UHGV virus genome: UHGV-0072754
Source of the DNA: a virus
Length of the DNA: 38,035 bases
Direction: 5' to 3' (one strand)
Made by a program: the position numbers and the translations under genes. Shown piece by piece: positions 15,880 to 24,931 of this stretch; positions within the stretch are counted from its first letter, which is position 1; the number at the start of each line of letters is the position of its first letter. The notes beneath the pieces are model-generated. The model made no database searches. It was not told the origin of the DNA and saw only the letters and a list, made by a program, of their open reading frames with translations.

Positions 15880-16217
15880 ACAAAGAGCCCCGCGTATATG
15901 GCAGCCGATGGGATAAGGCCCGTCTGCGTTTCCTGCAGCAGCACCCACTATGTGTGATGTGTGAGCAACAGGGGCGCATTACCCCAGCAACGGTGGTTGA
16001 CCATATCGAGCCCCACAAACTTAAAGATGCGCTTAAGTCAGGTAACCCTCTGGCCATATCGAAAGCACAGCACCTGTTCTGGAGTAAAGAGAACTGGCAG
16101 CCACTGTGCAAAGCGCATCATGACTCAACGAAACAGAGAATGGAGAAGAGCGGCGCGGTAATAGGCTGTGATGCCAACGGCTACCCGCTCGATCCTGCGT
16201 CTCACTGGAGCACGTAA
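15876..16217 (+). CDS. HNH endonuclease (packaging-associated)
   Basis: CVMCEQQGRITPATVVDHIEPH...CKAHH HNH motif; immediately upstream of terminase genes as in HK97-like cos phages. Confidence 0.8.
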   Translation: MNKEPRVYGSRWDKARLRFLQQHPLCVMCEQQGRITPATVVDHIEPHKLKDALKSGNPLAISKAQHLFWSKENWQPLCKAHHDSTKQRMEKSGAVIGCDANGYPLDPASHWST

Positions 16218-16420
16218 TGAAAGACCTCAGCATTGAATACCGCGATGGAAAATTCGTTCGCCTGGTGATTGATGGCGTGGAGATGAAGAACGTGACATCC
16301 ATTCAGTTCTCGCACGCTGTAGGGCAGGAGGTGCCGACAGTGACCGTCTCAGGGCATGTTGTCTCCGGGCGTGTGAAAGGCACTCAGAAACTCGAACAGG
16401 TAGACAAACATTCGGCATAG
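16217..16420 (+). CDS. Hypothetical small protein (67 aa)
   Basis: TAATG overlap with the HNH gene. Confidence 0.4.
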   Translation: MKDLSIEYRDGKFVRLVIDGVEMKNVTSIQFSHAVGQEVPTVTVSGHVVSGRVKGTQKLEQVDKHSA

Positions 16421-16602
16421 CGCGGCGGCGGCAAGTCGATTACCAATTATGTGAAATCATTTCAAATGCAACGATATCAAATGAGAATGAATCGCATCAG
16501 GGCAGGGGGGGATCAAATCTTCAAAACCTTTGCCCCAAATGACCGCCGCCAAAGTTTGATTTTAACGCTAACCCGATTTTTTTAGTTTTAAGGTGTTGAC
16601 AT
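16421..16602. other. Candidate cos / terminase recognition region
   Basis: Noncoding gap between HNH and TerS with GC-rich inverted elements (GCGCGGCGGCGGC at 16420-16432 and GACCGCCGCC at 16540-16549) and a G-run (CAGGGCAGGGGGGG). Confidence 0.25.
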
Positions 16603-17088
16603 ATGGCAGATAAACGAACCCGTTCCGACAGTTCGGCGGCAGCGGTTCAGGCCATGAAAAATGCAGCAGTGGACACCATCGATCCTCCGTCCCATGCAGG
16701 TTTGGAAAAAAAAGCCGAACCATTCTGGCATGACAATATCAGATCGAAAGCTCTGGACAGCTGGACCCCGGCCGACCTTCTGGCAGCTGTAGAGCTGGCA
16801 AATAACCAGCTCTATATAACGGTTTTACGTAAGGATTTACGCAAAGAAGAGCGAGCACGCGGAGAGGGCCGCGACGAAGGGCTTATCAAAGACCTACGCA
16901 AGCAGATTGTTGAGCTGCAGCGAACTATTCTGGCTCAGCGCCGTGACCTCCAGATCCATTCCCACGCAACCAACGGCGAAAGCCGCGACCAGAAGAAACG
17001 CAATCAGAATGATCGTGATGCACGAAATACCAAAAACGAGCATCAGGACCAGGATGACAACCTGATCGCCTTTCCCAAGCATGGATAA
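16603..17088 (+). CDS. Terminase small subunit (P27-family-like)
   Basis: Size, charged C-terminus, and position between HNH and large terminase. Confidence 0.65.
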   Translation: MADKRTRSDSSAAAVQAMKNAAVDTIDPPSHAGLEKKAEPFWHDNIRSKALDSWTPADLLAAVELANNQLYITVLRKDLRKEERARGEGRDEGLIKDLRKQIVELQRTILAQRRDLQIHSHATNGESRDQKKRNQNDRDARNTKNEHQDQDDNLIAFPKHG

Positions 17089-17094
17089 AAGACT

Positions 17095-18609
17095 ATGACG
17101 CGAGGTAAGCGTGTAATAGCGTTCATCGAGCGCTTTTGCATCGTGCCGGAAGGCAAGCTTATTGGCCAGCCCATGAGGCTGGACCCCTTTCAGAAAGAAT
17201 TCATCCTGGCGGTTTACGACAATCCAGCCGGAACGGATATGGCGATCCTCAGCATCGCCCGAAAAAATGGTAAGACTGGCCTAATTGCCGGAATTCTGCT
17301 GGCTCACCTGGTGGGTCCTGAAGCGGTGCAGAACACGCAGATTGTCAGCGGTGCACTCAGCCGGGAACAGGCGGCCATCGTTTTTAACCTCGCGGTGAAG
17401 ATGGTTAACCTGAACCCCAAGCTGCAGGAGATTGTGCACATTACGCCCAGCGGCAAAAAGCTGATCGGCCTGCCGTGTAACGTCGAATACAAGGCTTTAT
17501 CCGCAGAAGGAAAGACGACGCACGGACTTTCCCCCATTCTGGCCATTCTCGATGAAACCGGGCAGGTTAGGGGGCCGCAGGATGATTTTATCGATGCAAT
17601 AACTACCGCGCAGGGGGCGCATGAAAACCCGCTGCTGATTGTTATCAGTACGCAGGCAGCAAACGATGCTGACCTGCTGAGCATCTGGATTGATGATGCG
17701 GTCAAATCGAAAGATCCGCACATCGTGTGCCACGTTTATGAAGCGCCAAAAGACGCTGATATCAGTAAACGCGAGTCCTGGCTGGCTGCGAACCCGGCAC
17801 TGGGAACATTCAGGTCAGAAAAAGACATGGCGCGCCAGGCTGAGAAAGCTGGCCGAATGCCAAGCTTCGAAAACACCTTCCGAAACCTCAACCTCAATCA
17901 GCGCGTGTCTACCGTATCGCCGTTTATCTCCCGCAGCGTGTGGGAGCTTTGCGGAGAGATGCCGTTTAACACGCCGAGGAAGTGGTACGCGGGGCTGGAT
18001 CTGTCAGCCAGGAACGACTTAACGGCGCTGGTTATCGCTGGTGAAGCAGATGATGGTGTTTGGGATGTTTTCCCCTTCTTCTGGACACCGCAAAAAACCC
18101 TTGAAGAGCGAACCAAAACGGACCGCGCCCCCTATGACGTTTGGGTGAGAGAGGGGCTGCTGCGCACCACGCCAGGCGCTTCGGTGGATTACTCATTCGT
18201 CGTTGCGGATATCGCTGAAATTATCGGTGATTTCGACCTTACGTCGATGGCTTTTGACCGCTGGCGCATTGACCAGTTCAGGAAGGATGCCGATGCCATT
18301 GGGCTTAGCCTCCCGCTGGTCGAGTTCGGCCAGGGCTTTAAGGATATGGGGCCAGCTGTAGACACGCTGGAGTCTCTGATGCTTAACGGGCGTGTGAGGC
18401 ATGGCATGCACCCCGTATTAACGATGTGTGCTGTGAATGCGGTGGTGGTGAAAGATGCTGCTGGCAACCGCAAGCTCGATAAATCCAAAGCAACGGGCCG
18501 TATTGATGGCATGGTCGCAATGACAATGTCCGTTGGTGCTGCTAATGGGGAAGTTACCGAACAGGGTGGTGACTTCGACGACTTCATTTTCCGACCGCTG
18601 AGCATGTGA
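17095..18609 (+). CDS. Terminase large subunit
   Basis: Walker A-like ARKNGKTG; ATPase plus nuclease-sized protein (504 aa); followed by portal. Confidence 0.9.
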   Translation: MTRGKRVIAFIERFCIVPEGKLIGQPMRLDPFQKEFILAVYDNPAGTDMAILSIARKNGKTGLIAGILLAHLVGPEAVQNTQIVSGALSREQAAIVFNLAVKMVNLNPKLQEIVHITPSGKKLIGLPCNVEYKALSAEGKTTHGLSPILAILDETGQVRGPQDDFIDAITTAQGAHENPLLIVISTQAANDADLLSIWIDDAVKSKDPHIVCHVYEAPKDADISKRESWLAANPALGTFRSEKDMARQAEKAGRMPSFENTFRNLNLNQRVSTVSPFISRSVWELCGEMPFNTPRKWYAGLDLSARNDLTALVIAGEADDGVWDVFPFFWTPQKTLEERTKTDRAPYDVWVREGLLRTTPGASVDYSFVVADIAEIIGDFDLTSMAFDRWRIDQFRKDADAIGLSLPLVEFGQGFKDMGPAVDTLESLMLNGRVRHGMHPVLTMCAVNAVVVKDAAGNRKLDKSKATGRIDGMVAMTMSVGAANGEVTEQGGDFDDFIFRPLSM

Positions 18610-19883
18610 TGGAAGAACCTAAATACACGATTGACCTGCGAACCAATAACGGCTGGTGGGCAAGGCTGCAGTCCTGGTTTGTCGGCGGGCGTTTAGTCAC
18701 CCCAAATCAGGGCTCACAGACGGGGCCTGTTTCGGCCCACGGACACCTGGGCGATTCATCCATTAACGATGAACGGATACTGCAAATTTCGACTGTGTGG
18801 CGCTGCGTGAGTCTGATTTCAACGCTCACGGCATGCTTACCGCTTGATGTCTTCGAAACTGACCAGAATGACAACCGCAAAAAAGTGGGTTTGAGCAATC
18901 CGCTGGCGCGACTGCTGCGCTACTCACCGAATCAGTACATGACCGCCCAGGAATTCAGGGAGGCCATGACGATGCAGCTCTGTTTCTACGGTAACGCGTA
19001 TGCACTGGTGGACCGCAATAGCGCGGGTGACGTGATCAGCCTTCTCCCGCTTCAGTCTGCCAATATGGATGTGAAACTCGTCGGAAAAAAAGTGGTTTAT
19101 CGCTATCAACGCGACAGCGAATACGCCGACTTTTCGCAGAGAGAGATTTTTCACCTTAAAGGCTTCGGATTCACCGGGCTGGTCGGCCTGTCACCAATTG
19201 CTTTTGCCTGTAAATCGGCAGGTGTGGCAGTTGCGATGGAGGACCAGCAGCGAGATTTCTTTGCCAATGGCGCCAAGTCTCCGCAAATCCTCTCAACCGG
19301 CGAAAAAGTGCTAACTGAACAGCAGCGCTCGCAGGTCGAAGAGAACTTCAAAGAGATCGCCGGCGGTCCGGTTAAAAAACGCCTCTGGATTCTGGAAGCG
19401 GGCTTTTCCACATCGGCAATTGGCGTAACGCCACAGGATGCCGAAATGATGGCGTCCCGAAAATTTCAGGTAAGTGAACTGGCGCGATTCTTTGGCGTAC
19501 CGCCTCACCTTGTTGGCGACGTCGAGAAATCAACGAGCTGGGGATCGGGCATCGAGCAGCAGAATCTCGGCTTCCTGCAGTACACCTTGCAGCCCTATAT
19601 CTCCCGGTGGGAAAACAGCATTCAGCGGTGGCTTATTCCTGCTAAGGATGTTGGCCGCATTCATGCTGAGCACAACCTCGATGGCCTGCTGAGGGGCGAT
19701 TCTGCCTCCCGTGCCGCGTTCATGAAGGCAATGGGAGAGTCCGGCCTCCGTACCATCAACGAAATGCGCCGAACGGACAACATGCCGCCATTACCTGGTG
19801 GCGATGTGGCGATGCGACAGGCGCAGTATGTGCCAATTACCGACTTAGGAACCAACAAAGAGCCCCGTAATGACGGGGCTTAA
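18609..19883 (+). CDS. Portal protein (HK97 family)
   Basis: ATG overlaps TerL stop (TGATG); size and conserved portal core recalled from the HK97 family. Confidence 0.85.
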   Translation: MEEPKYTIDLRTNNGWWARLQSWFVGGRLVTPNQGSQTGPVSAHGHLGDSSINDERILQISTVWRCVSLISTLTACLPLDVFETDQNDNRKKVGLSNPLARLLRYSPNQYMTAQEFREAMTMQLCFYGNAYALVDRNSAGDVISLLPLQSANMDVKLVGKKVVYRYQRDSEYADFSQREIFHLKGFGFTGLVGLSPIAFACKSAGVAVAMEDQQRDFFANGAKSPQILSTGEKVLTEQQRSQVEENFKEIAGGPVKKRLWILEAGFSTSAIGVTPQDAEMMASRKFQVSELARFFGVPPHLVGDVEKSTSWGSGIEQQNLGFLQYTLQPYISRWENSIQRWLIPAKDVGRIHAEHNLDGLLRGDSASRAAFMKAMGESGLRTINEMRRTDNMPPLPGGDVAMRQAQYVPITDLGTNKEPRNDGA

Positions 19884-19900
19884 TTTTTATGGGGGCCGTG

Positions 19901-20578
19901 ATGCCTGAAATTGTAAAAACGCTGTCTTTCGACGAGACAGAAATCAAGTTCACCGGTGACGGGAAGCAGGGGATTTTCGAAGGCTATGCCTCAGTTTTCA
20001 ATAACACCGATTCCGATGGCGACATCATTCTGCCCGGGGCGTTTAAGAACGCACTGGTGAACCAGACCCGCAAAGTGGCGATGTTTTTCAACCACAAGAC
20101 GTGGGAGCTGCCGGTTGGTAAATGGGACAGCCTGGCCGAAGACGAAAAAGGCCTGTATGTGCGCGGTCAACTTACCCCAGGGCACAGCGGCGCCGCCGAC
20201 CTGAAAGCGGCAATGCAGCACGGTACGGTTGAGGGTATGTCGGTTGGCTTTTCCGTTGCGAAAGACGATTACACCATCATTCCAACAGGCCGCATTTTTA
20301 AGAATATCCAGGCTCTGCGCGAAATCAGCGTCTGCACTTTCCCCGCCAACGAACAGGCTGGCATCGCAGCCATGAAAAGTGTCGACGGCATTGAAACGAT
20401 TCGTGATGTGGAGAACTGGCTGAGGGATTCAGTCGGGCTCACCAAATCACAGGCAGTTGGGTTAATAGCCCGGTTTAAGTCAGCGATTCGGAGCGAGTCC
20501 GAGGGCGACGGAAACGAAGCACAAATCAACGCTCTGCTTCAGAGCATTAAATCTTTCCCTTCCAATTTAGGTAATTAA
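19901..20578 (+). CDS. Prohead protease (HK97 family)
   Basis: Follows portal; in-frame ATG at 19889 lacks an SD while 19901 follows GGGGG. Confidence 0.8.
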   Translation: MPEIVKTLSFDETEIKFTGDGKQGIFEGYASVFNNTDSDGDIILPGAFKNALVNQTRKVAMFFNHKTWELPVGKWDSLAEDEKGLYVRGQLTPGHSGAADLKAAMQHGTVEGMSVGFSVAKDDYTIIPTGRIFKNIQALREISVCTFPANEQAGIAAMKSVDGIETIRDVENWLRDSVGLTKSQAVGLIARFKSAIRSESEGDGNEAQINALLQSIKSFPSNLGN

Positions 20579-20580
20579 TT

Positions 20581-21738
20581 ATGTCTGAACTCGCTCTCAT
20601 TCAAAAAGCAATCGAAGAATCCCAGCAGAAAATGACCCAGCTGTTCGATGCGCAGAAAGCTGAAATCGAAAGCACGGGCCAGGTTTCAAAACAGCTGCAG
20701 TCCGACCTGGCAAAAGTACAGGAAGAACTGTCCAAATCCGGTACCCGCCTCTTCGATCTGGAACAGAAACTGGCTTCCGGTGCTGAAAATCCGGGTGAGA
20801 AGAAATCCTTCTCTGAACGTGCTGCTGAAGATCTCATCAAGTCATGGGACGGTAAACAGGGCACTTTCGACGCGAAGACGTTTAACAAGTCTCTCGGCAG
20901 TGACGCTGATTCTGCTGGCTCACTGATCCAGCCGATGCAGATCCCTGGCATCATCATGCCGGGCCTGCGCCGTCTGACTATTCGTGACCTGCTGGCTCAG
21001 GGCCGTATGACCAGTAACGCTCTCGAATACGTGCGTGAAGAGGTGTTTACCAATAACGCCGACGTAGTGGCAGAGAAGGCGCTTAAGCCAGCGTCGGATA
21101 TCACCTTCAGCAAACAGACCGCGAACGTAAAGACCATCGCGCACTGGGTGCAGGCATCACGTCAGGTGATGGACGATGCGCCAATGCTGCAGTCCTACGT
21201 TAACAACCGCCTCATGTACGGTCTGGCACTGAAGGAAGAAGGCCAGCTGCTGAACGGCGACGGCACCGGGGATAACCTAGAAGGTCTGAACAAAGTGGCA
21301 ACCGCCTACGACACCTCGCTGAATGCCACCGGCGACACCCGCGCTGACATTATCGCTCACGCCATTTATCAGGTGACCGAATCTGAGTTTAGCGCTTCCG
21401 GTATCGTCCTGAACCCGCGCGACTGGCACAACATTGCGCTGCTGAAAGACAATGAAGGCCGTTATATTTTCGGCGGCCCTCAGGCGTTTACCAGCAACAT
21501 CATGTGGGGGCTGCCAGTAGTTCCGACTAAGGCACAGGCCGCCGGTACCTTTACGGTGGGCGGTTTCGATATGGCCTCTCAGGTGTGGGATCGCATGGAT
21601 GCCACCGTGGAAGTCAGCCGAGAAGACCGCGATAACTTCGTGAAAAACATGCTGACCATCCTGTGCGAAGAGCGCCTGGCGCTGGCGCACTATCGCCCGA
21701 CGGCAATCATCAAGGGCAGTTTCTCTTCTGGCTCATGA
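20581..21738 (+). CDS. Major capsid protein (HK97 fold) with N-terminal delta/scaffold-like coiled coil
   Basis: Coiled-coil N-terminal ~100 aa then capsid-like domain; canonical position after the protease. Confidence 0.9.
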   Translation: MSELALIQKAIEESQQKMTQLFDAQKAEIESTGQVSKQLQSDLAKVQEELSKSGTRLFDLEQKLASGAENPGEKKSFSERAAEDLIKSWDGKQGTFDAKTFNKSLGSDADSAGSLIQPMQIPGIIMPGLRRLTIRDLLAQGRMTSNALEYVREEVFTNNADVVAEKALKPASDITFSKQTANVKTIAHWVQASRQVMDDAPMLQSYVNNRLMYGLALKEEGQLLNGDGTGDNLEGLNKVATAYDTSLNATGDTRADIIAHAIYQVTESEFSASGIVLNPRDWHNIALLKDNEGRYIFGGPQAFTSNIMWGLPVVPTKAQAAGTFTVGGFDMASQVWDRMDATVEVSREDRDNFVKNMLTILCEERLALAHYRPTAIIKGSFSSGS

Positions 21739-21771
21739 TGGAGGGGGCGGGGTGACCCGCCCTTTTAACTT

Positions 21772-22098
21772 ATGGCGATAGATGTTCTGGATGTAATTGG
21801 CCTCCGCCTGTTTAAGCAGCAGATTGAATTTGAGGAAGACGACAGGGACGAGCTGATCACCCTTTACGCGCAGGCTGCTTTTGATTACTGCATACGCTGG
21901 TGCGATGAACCAGCGTGGAAAGTTGCAGCTGATATTCCTGCAGCCGTTAAGGGCGCCGTTCTCCTTGTCTTTGCTGACATGTTTGAACACCGCACCGCGC
22001 AAAGCGAAGTACAGCTTTATGAGAACGCCGCAGCAGAACGCATGATGTTCATCCATCGCAACTGGCGCGGTAAATCTGAACCTGAGGAGGGCTCCTGA
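21772..22098 (+). CDS. Head-tail connector (gp6-like)
   Basis: 108 aa, first gene after capsid. Confidence 0.55.
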   Translation: MAIDVLDVIGLRLFKQQIEFEEDDRDELITLYAQAAFDYCIRWCDEPAWKVAADIPAAVKGAVLLVFADMFEHRTAQSEVQLYENAAAERMMFIHRNWRGKSEPEEGS

Positions 22099-22436
22099 TG
22101 GAACCTGGACGATTCAGGCACCGGGTAAAAATTCTCACCTTCACGACTTCGCGCGATCCCTCTGGCCAGCCGGTTGAATCGTGGACTGGTGGCAACCCGG
22201 TCCCGGCTGAGGTGAAGGGGATCAGCGGCAGAGAGCAGCTTTCAGGCGGCGCGGAAACGGCGCAGGCAACCATTCGCGTCTGGATGCGCTTCAGGGCAGA
22301 GCTGAACGCCTCTTCTCGTCTGGAAGTGCTCAGCGGACCGTATAAAGGTCAGGTGCTAAATATCATCGGTCCTCCTGTAGCAAATACGACTGGCACTCGC
22401 CTGGAAATTCTTTGCAAAACGGGAGCCGAAAAATGA
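22098..22436 (+). CDS. Head closure / head-tail joining protein
   Basis: 112 aa; HRVKI...IRVWMR...LEILC pattern recalled from this family; ATGA coupling. Confidence 0.65.
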   Translation: MEPGRFRHRVKILTFTTSRDPSGQPVESWTGGNPVPAEVKGISGREQLSGGAETAQATIRVWMRFRAELNASSRLEVLSGPYKGQVLNIIGPPVANTTGTRLEILCKTGAEK

Positions 22437-22882
22437 TTGAGACGAGCCTCGATTTTTCCGGGTTAAATGACATCGCAAAGGACCTGGAGGCGTTGAGTCG
22501 CGCTGAAAACAACAAGGTTCTGCGTGATGCCACGCGCGCCGGTGCTGAAGTGCTGAAGGAAGAAGTGATCGCTCGCGCGCCAGTGCGTACCGGGAAATTG
22601 AAAAAAAACGTGGTGGTGGTGACCCAAAAAAGCCGCCGCCGCGGGGAAATTTCTTCCGGTGTCCACATTCGTGGTGTCAACCCGCGTACCGGGAACAGCG
22701 ATAACACGATGAAGGCGAATAACCCGAGAAACGCCTTTTACTGGCGATTCGTCGAAATGGGTACTGTTAACATGCCGCCGCACCCGTTCATTCGTCCAGC
22801 GTTCGATGTTCGCCAGGAGCAGGCGACGGAGGTCGCGATCAGGCGCATGAACCAGGCCATTGACGAGGCATTAAGCAAATGA
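22433..22882 (+). CDS. Tail component (HK97 gp10-like)
   Basis: GGAG SD before ATG 22433; ATGA overlap; position. Confidence 0.6.
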   Translation: MIETSLDFSGLNDIAKDLEALSRAENNKVLRDATRAGAEVLKEEVIARAPVRTGKLKKNVVVVTQKSRRRGEISSGVHIRGVNPRTGNSDNTMKANNPRNAFYWRFVEMGTVNMPPHPFIRPAFDVRQEQATEVAIRRMNQAIDEALSK

Positions 22883-23226
22883 CGGAAGACGATCTCTATC
22901 CTCTGCTGGCGCCGCTGGCCGGAGGGCAGGTTTATCCCTACGTTGCGCCGCTCGGCAGTGACGGGAAGCCTTCAGTCTCTCCGCCCTGGGTAATTTTCTC
23001 GATTATTACCGACGTGGCCGCAGACGTTCTTTGCGGTCAGGCTGAATCTGCCGTTTCTGTGCAGGTTGATGTCTATTCCAGCACCATTACTGAAGCGCGC
23101 ACGATCAGGAATCTGGCGCTTGATGCCCTGCAGGTGCTGAAACCGGAAAGCATTGTGAAAACGCCAGGATATGAGCCTGATCTGCGTTATCACCGGGCGA
23201 CGCTCGAATTTCAGGTCACCGTCTGA
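22879..23226 (+). CDS. Tail terminator-like protein
   Basis: 115 aa; last gene before the major tail protein. Confidence 0.5.
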   Translation: MTEDDLYPLLAPLAGGQVYPYVAPLGSDGKPSVSPPWVIFSIITDVAADVLCGQAESAVSVQVDVYSSTITEARTIRNLALDALQVLKPESIVKTPGYEPDLRYHRATLEFQVTV

Positions 23227-23243
23227 CCAGACCTAAACCATCC

Positions 23244-23268
23244 CACCCGCTCAGGCGGGTTTTTTATT
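23244..23268 (+). terminator. Intrinsic terminator/attenuator before major tail gene
   Basis: ACCCGC-tcag-GCGGGT then TTTTTTATTT. Confidence 0.6.
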
Positions 23269-23281
23269 TCAGGAGACAGTT

Positions 23282-23725
23282 ATGTCCTCACTTTATGAAA
23301 AATCACAGGGCACGAAGATTCAGATCACTTCTGCCCCGGCAACGCCAGAAACGGTCGGTTCAGCAACCTATCTGGATTTGCAGTGCACCATTAAAGAGGT
23401 GCAGTTCACTGGCGGTCAGAAACAGGATATCGACGTCACAACCCTGTGTTCTACAGAGCAGGAGAATATCAACGGCCTGGGTGCGCAGTCAGAAATTTCA
23501 CTGTCGGGTAACTTCTACTCCAACCCGGCACAGGATGCCCTACGTGAGGCCTACGACAACGACACCACATACGGTTTCAAAATCATTTTCCCTTCCGGGA
23601 TCGGCTTCCAGTTCCTGGCTGAAGTTCGCCAGCACACCTGGTCATCAGGTACAAACAGCGTCGTGGCCGCCACATTCTCGCTGCGTCTGAAGGGCAAGCC
23701 CCAGAAAATTGATCCGGGTTCATAA
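23282..23725 (+). CDS. Major tail (tube) protein
   Basis: Strong SD CAGGAGACAGTT-ATG; follows an attenuator; position before tail chaperones. Confidence 0.65.
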   Translation: MSSLYEKSQGTKIQITSAPATPETVGSATYLDLQCTIKEVQFTGGQKQDIDVTTLCSTEQENINGLGAQSEISLSGNFYSNPAQDALREAYDNDTTYGFKIIFPSGIGFQFLAEVRQHTWSSGTNSVVAATFSLRLKGKPQKIDPGS

Positions 23726-23735
23726 GGAGTAACCG

Positions 23736-24119
23736 ATGAAATCCATTAAGAATCTTGCCCTGGCGAAGATGTCAGGTTTTCGTCATAAAACAGTCATTGT
23801 TCCCGAATGGAAAGGTGTCAAAGTTATTCTGCGTGAGCCCTCTGGTGAGGCCTGGTTACGCTGGCAGGAGGTCGTGAAATCGGGTACAGACGATGAAAAT
23901 GTGTCGGTATCGGAAAAGGCGCACCGTAATCTCTGCGCTGACGTGGTTCTCTTCATTGACGTTCTATGCGACACCGATAAGCAACCGGTATTTAGTGTCG
24001 ATGAGGAAGAACAAGTTCGTGAAATTTACGGGCCTGTTCACTCACGTCTGCTCAAACAAGCTCTGGACCTGATCAACAACGCGGACGAAGCGCGGGAAAA
24101 GTCTCAACCCCCGGCGTAA
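23736..24119 (+). CDS. Tail assembly chaperone (gpG-like)
   Basis: Position between major tail and tape measure genes; overlapped at its 3' end by an open -1 frame. Confidence 0.65.
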   Translation: MKSIKNLALAKMSGFRHKTVIVPEWKGVKVILREPSGEAWLRWQEVVKSGTDDENVSVSEKAHRNLCADVVLFIDVLCDTDKQPVFSVDEEEQVREIYGPVHSRLLKQALDLINNADEAREKSQPPA

Positions 24120-24406
24120 AGTTTCTGATGTCGCTTGCGCTCCGGATGGGGCGCACGCTCTCAGAGCTTCGGCAGAATATGACGGCAAGCGAGTTACTGA
24201 TGTGGATTGAGTTCGACAGGCAAAGCCCGGTTGGAGATATTCGCGGAGATATTCAGGCTGCCCAGATCGTCTCTGCCATCTACGGCTCACAGGGGGCAAA
24301 AGTACAACTGGACGATGCAATACTGCGCTGGGGTGAGGGCGAGCAATCAGAAACGAAAGACCCGTTTTCAGGACTTGAGGCCGCACTTACAGCTGCAACT
24401 CAGTGA
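24023..24406 (+). CDS. Tail assembly chaperone -1 frameshift extension (gpT-like; expressed as G-T fusion)
   Basis: -1 frame open from 24023 and overlapping the last ~95 nt of G; candidate slip site cGG GAA AAG at 24093-24101; first ATG at 24128. Confidence 0.55.
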   Translation, partial: NLRACSLTSAQTSSGPDQQRGRSAGKVSTPGVKFLMSLALRMGRTLSELRQNMTASELLMWIEFDRQSPVGDIRGDIQAAQIVSAIYGSQGAKVQLDDAILRWGEGEQSETKDPFSGLEAALTAATQ

Positions 24407-24462
24407 CTTTCATCCCGGAAGATATTAGGATTTATTCGACTAATACTTCTGGAGCTAATTTA

Positions 24463-24876
24463 ATGGAAAAAATACTTCTGGGTGCTGCGTTAATATTATT
24501 GGCTGGTTGCTCTACCCAACCTGTAAATACAGAACAAGCCTCTATTGTTCCCCCTGAGAGGGTTTGGGATAAGAAGATAACAAGTAAGTCTCCAGAAACC
24601 GGTGTTGTAATAGTTAAGCGAGACTCGGGATTTATTGGGAGTGCATGTCTTGCAAGTGTTTACTTAGATGGAAACCCGGTAGCTGATTTAAGCACAAGAG
24701 AAAAAGTTACACTGTATACAAAGCCAGGAAGACACATTTTAAGTGCAACTCCCCATGGGTGGTGTGCAGGAGGAATGGTTGAGGTGGGTGCAGATGTGGT
24801 TCTGGATAAAACATTAATTTATAGAATTGGTTATGGAGCTAATGGTGATTACAGGTTTTCACCAACAGCATTTTAA
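24463..24876 (+). CDS. Lipoprotein moron inside the tail operon (137 aa)
   Basis: Signal peptide with lipobox LLAGC; GGAG SD; low GC; own terminator downstream. Confidence 0.6.
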   Translation: MEKILLGAALILLAGCSTQPVNTEQASIVPPERVWDKKITSKSPETGVVIVKRDSGFIGSACLASVYLDGNPVADLSTREKVTLYTKPGRHILSATPHGWCAGGMVEVGADVVLDKTLIYRIGYGANGDYRFSPTAF

Positions 24877-24894
24877 CTATCTAAGTGAATAAGA

Positions 24895-24920
24895 AGCCCG
24901 CCTAATTGGCGGGTTTTTTA
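24895..24920 (+). terminator. Intrinsic terminator after lipoprotein moron
   Basis: GCCCGCC-taatt-GGCGGG then TTTTTTAAT. Confidence 0.6.
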
Positions 24921-24931
24921 ATGGGTGAAAT

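Noticed and set aside
19889-19900. Upstream in-frame ATG for the prohead protease
   Set aside because: No SD (it follows the T-run of a hairpin at the portal 3' end), whereas the ATG at 19901 follows GGGGG.
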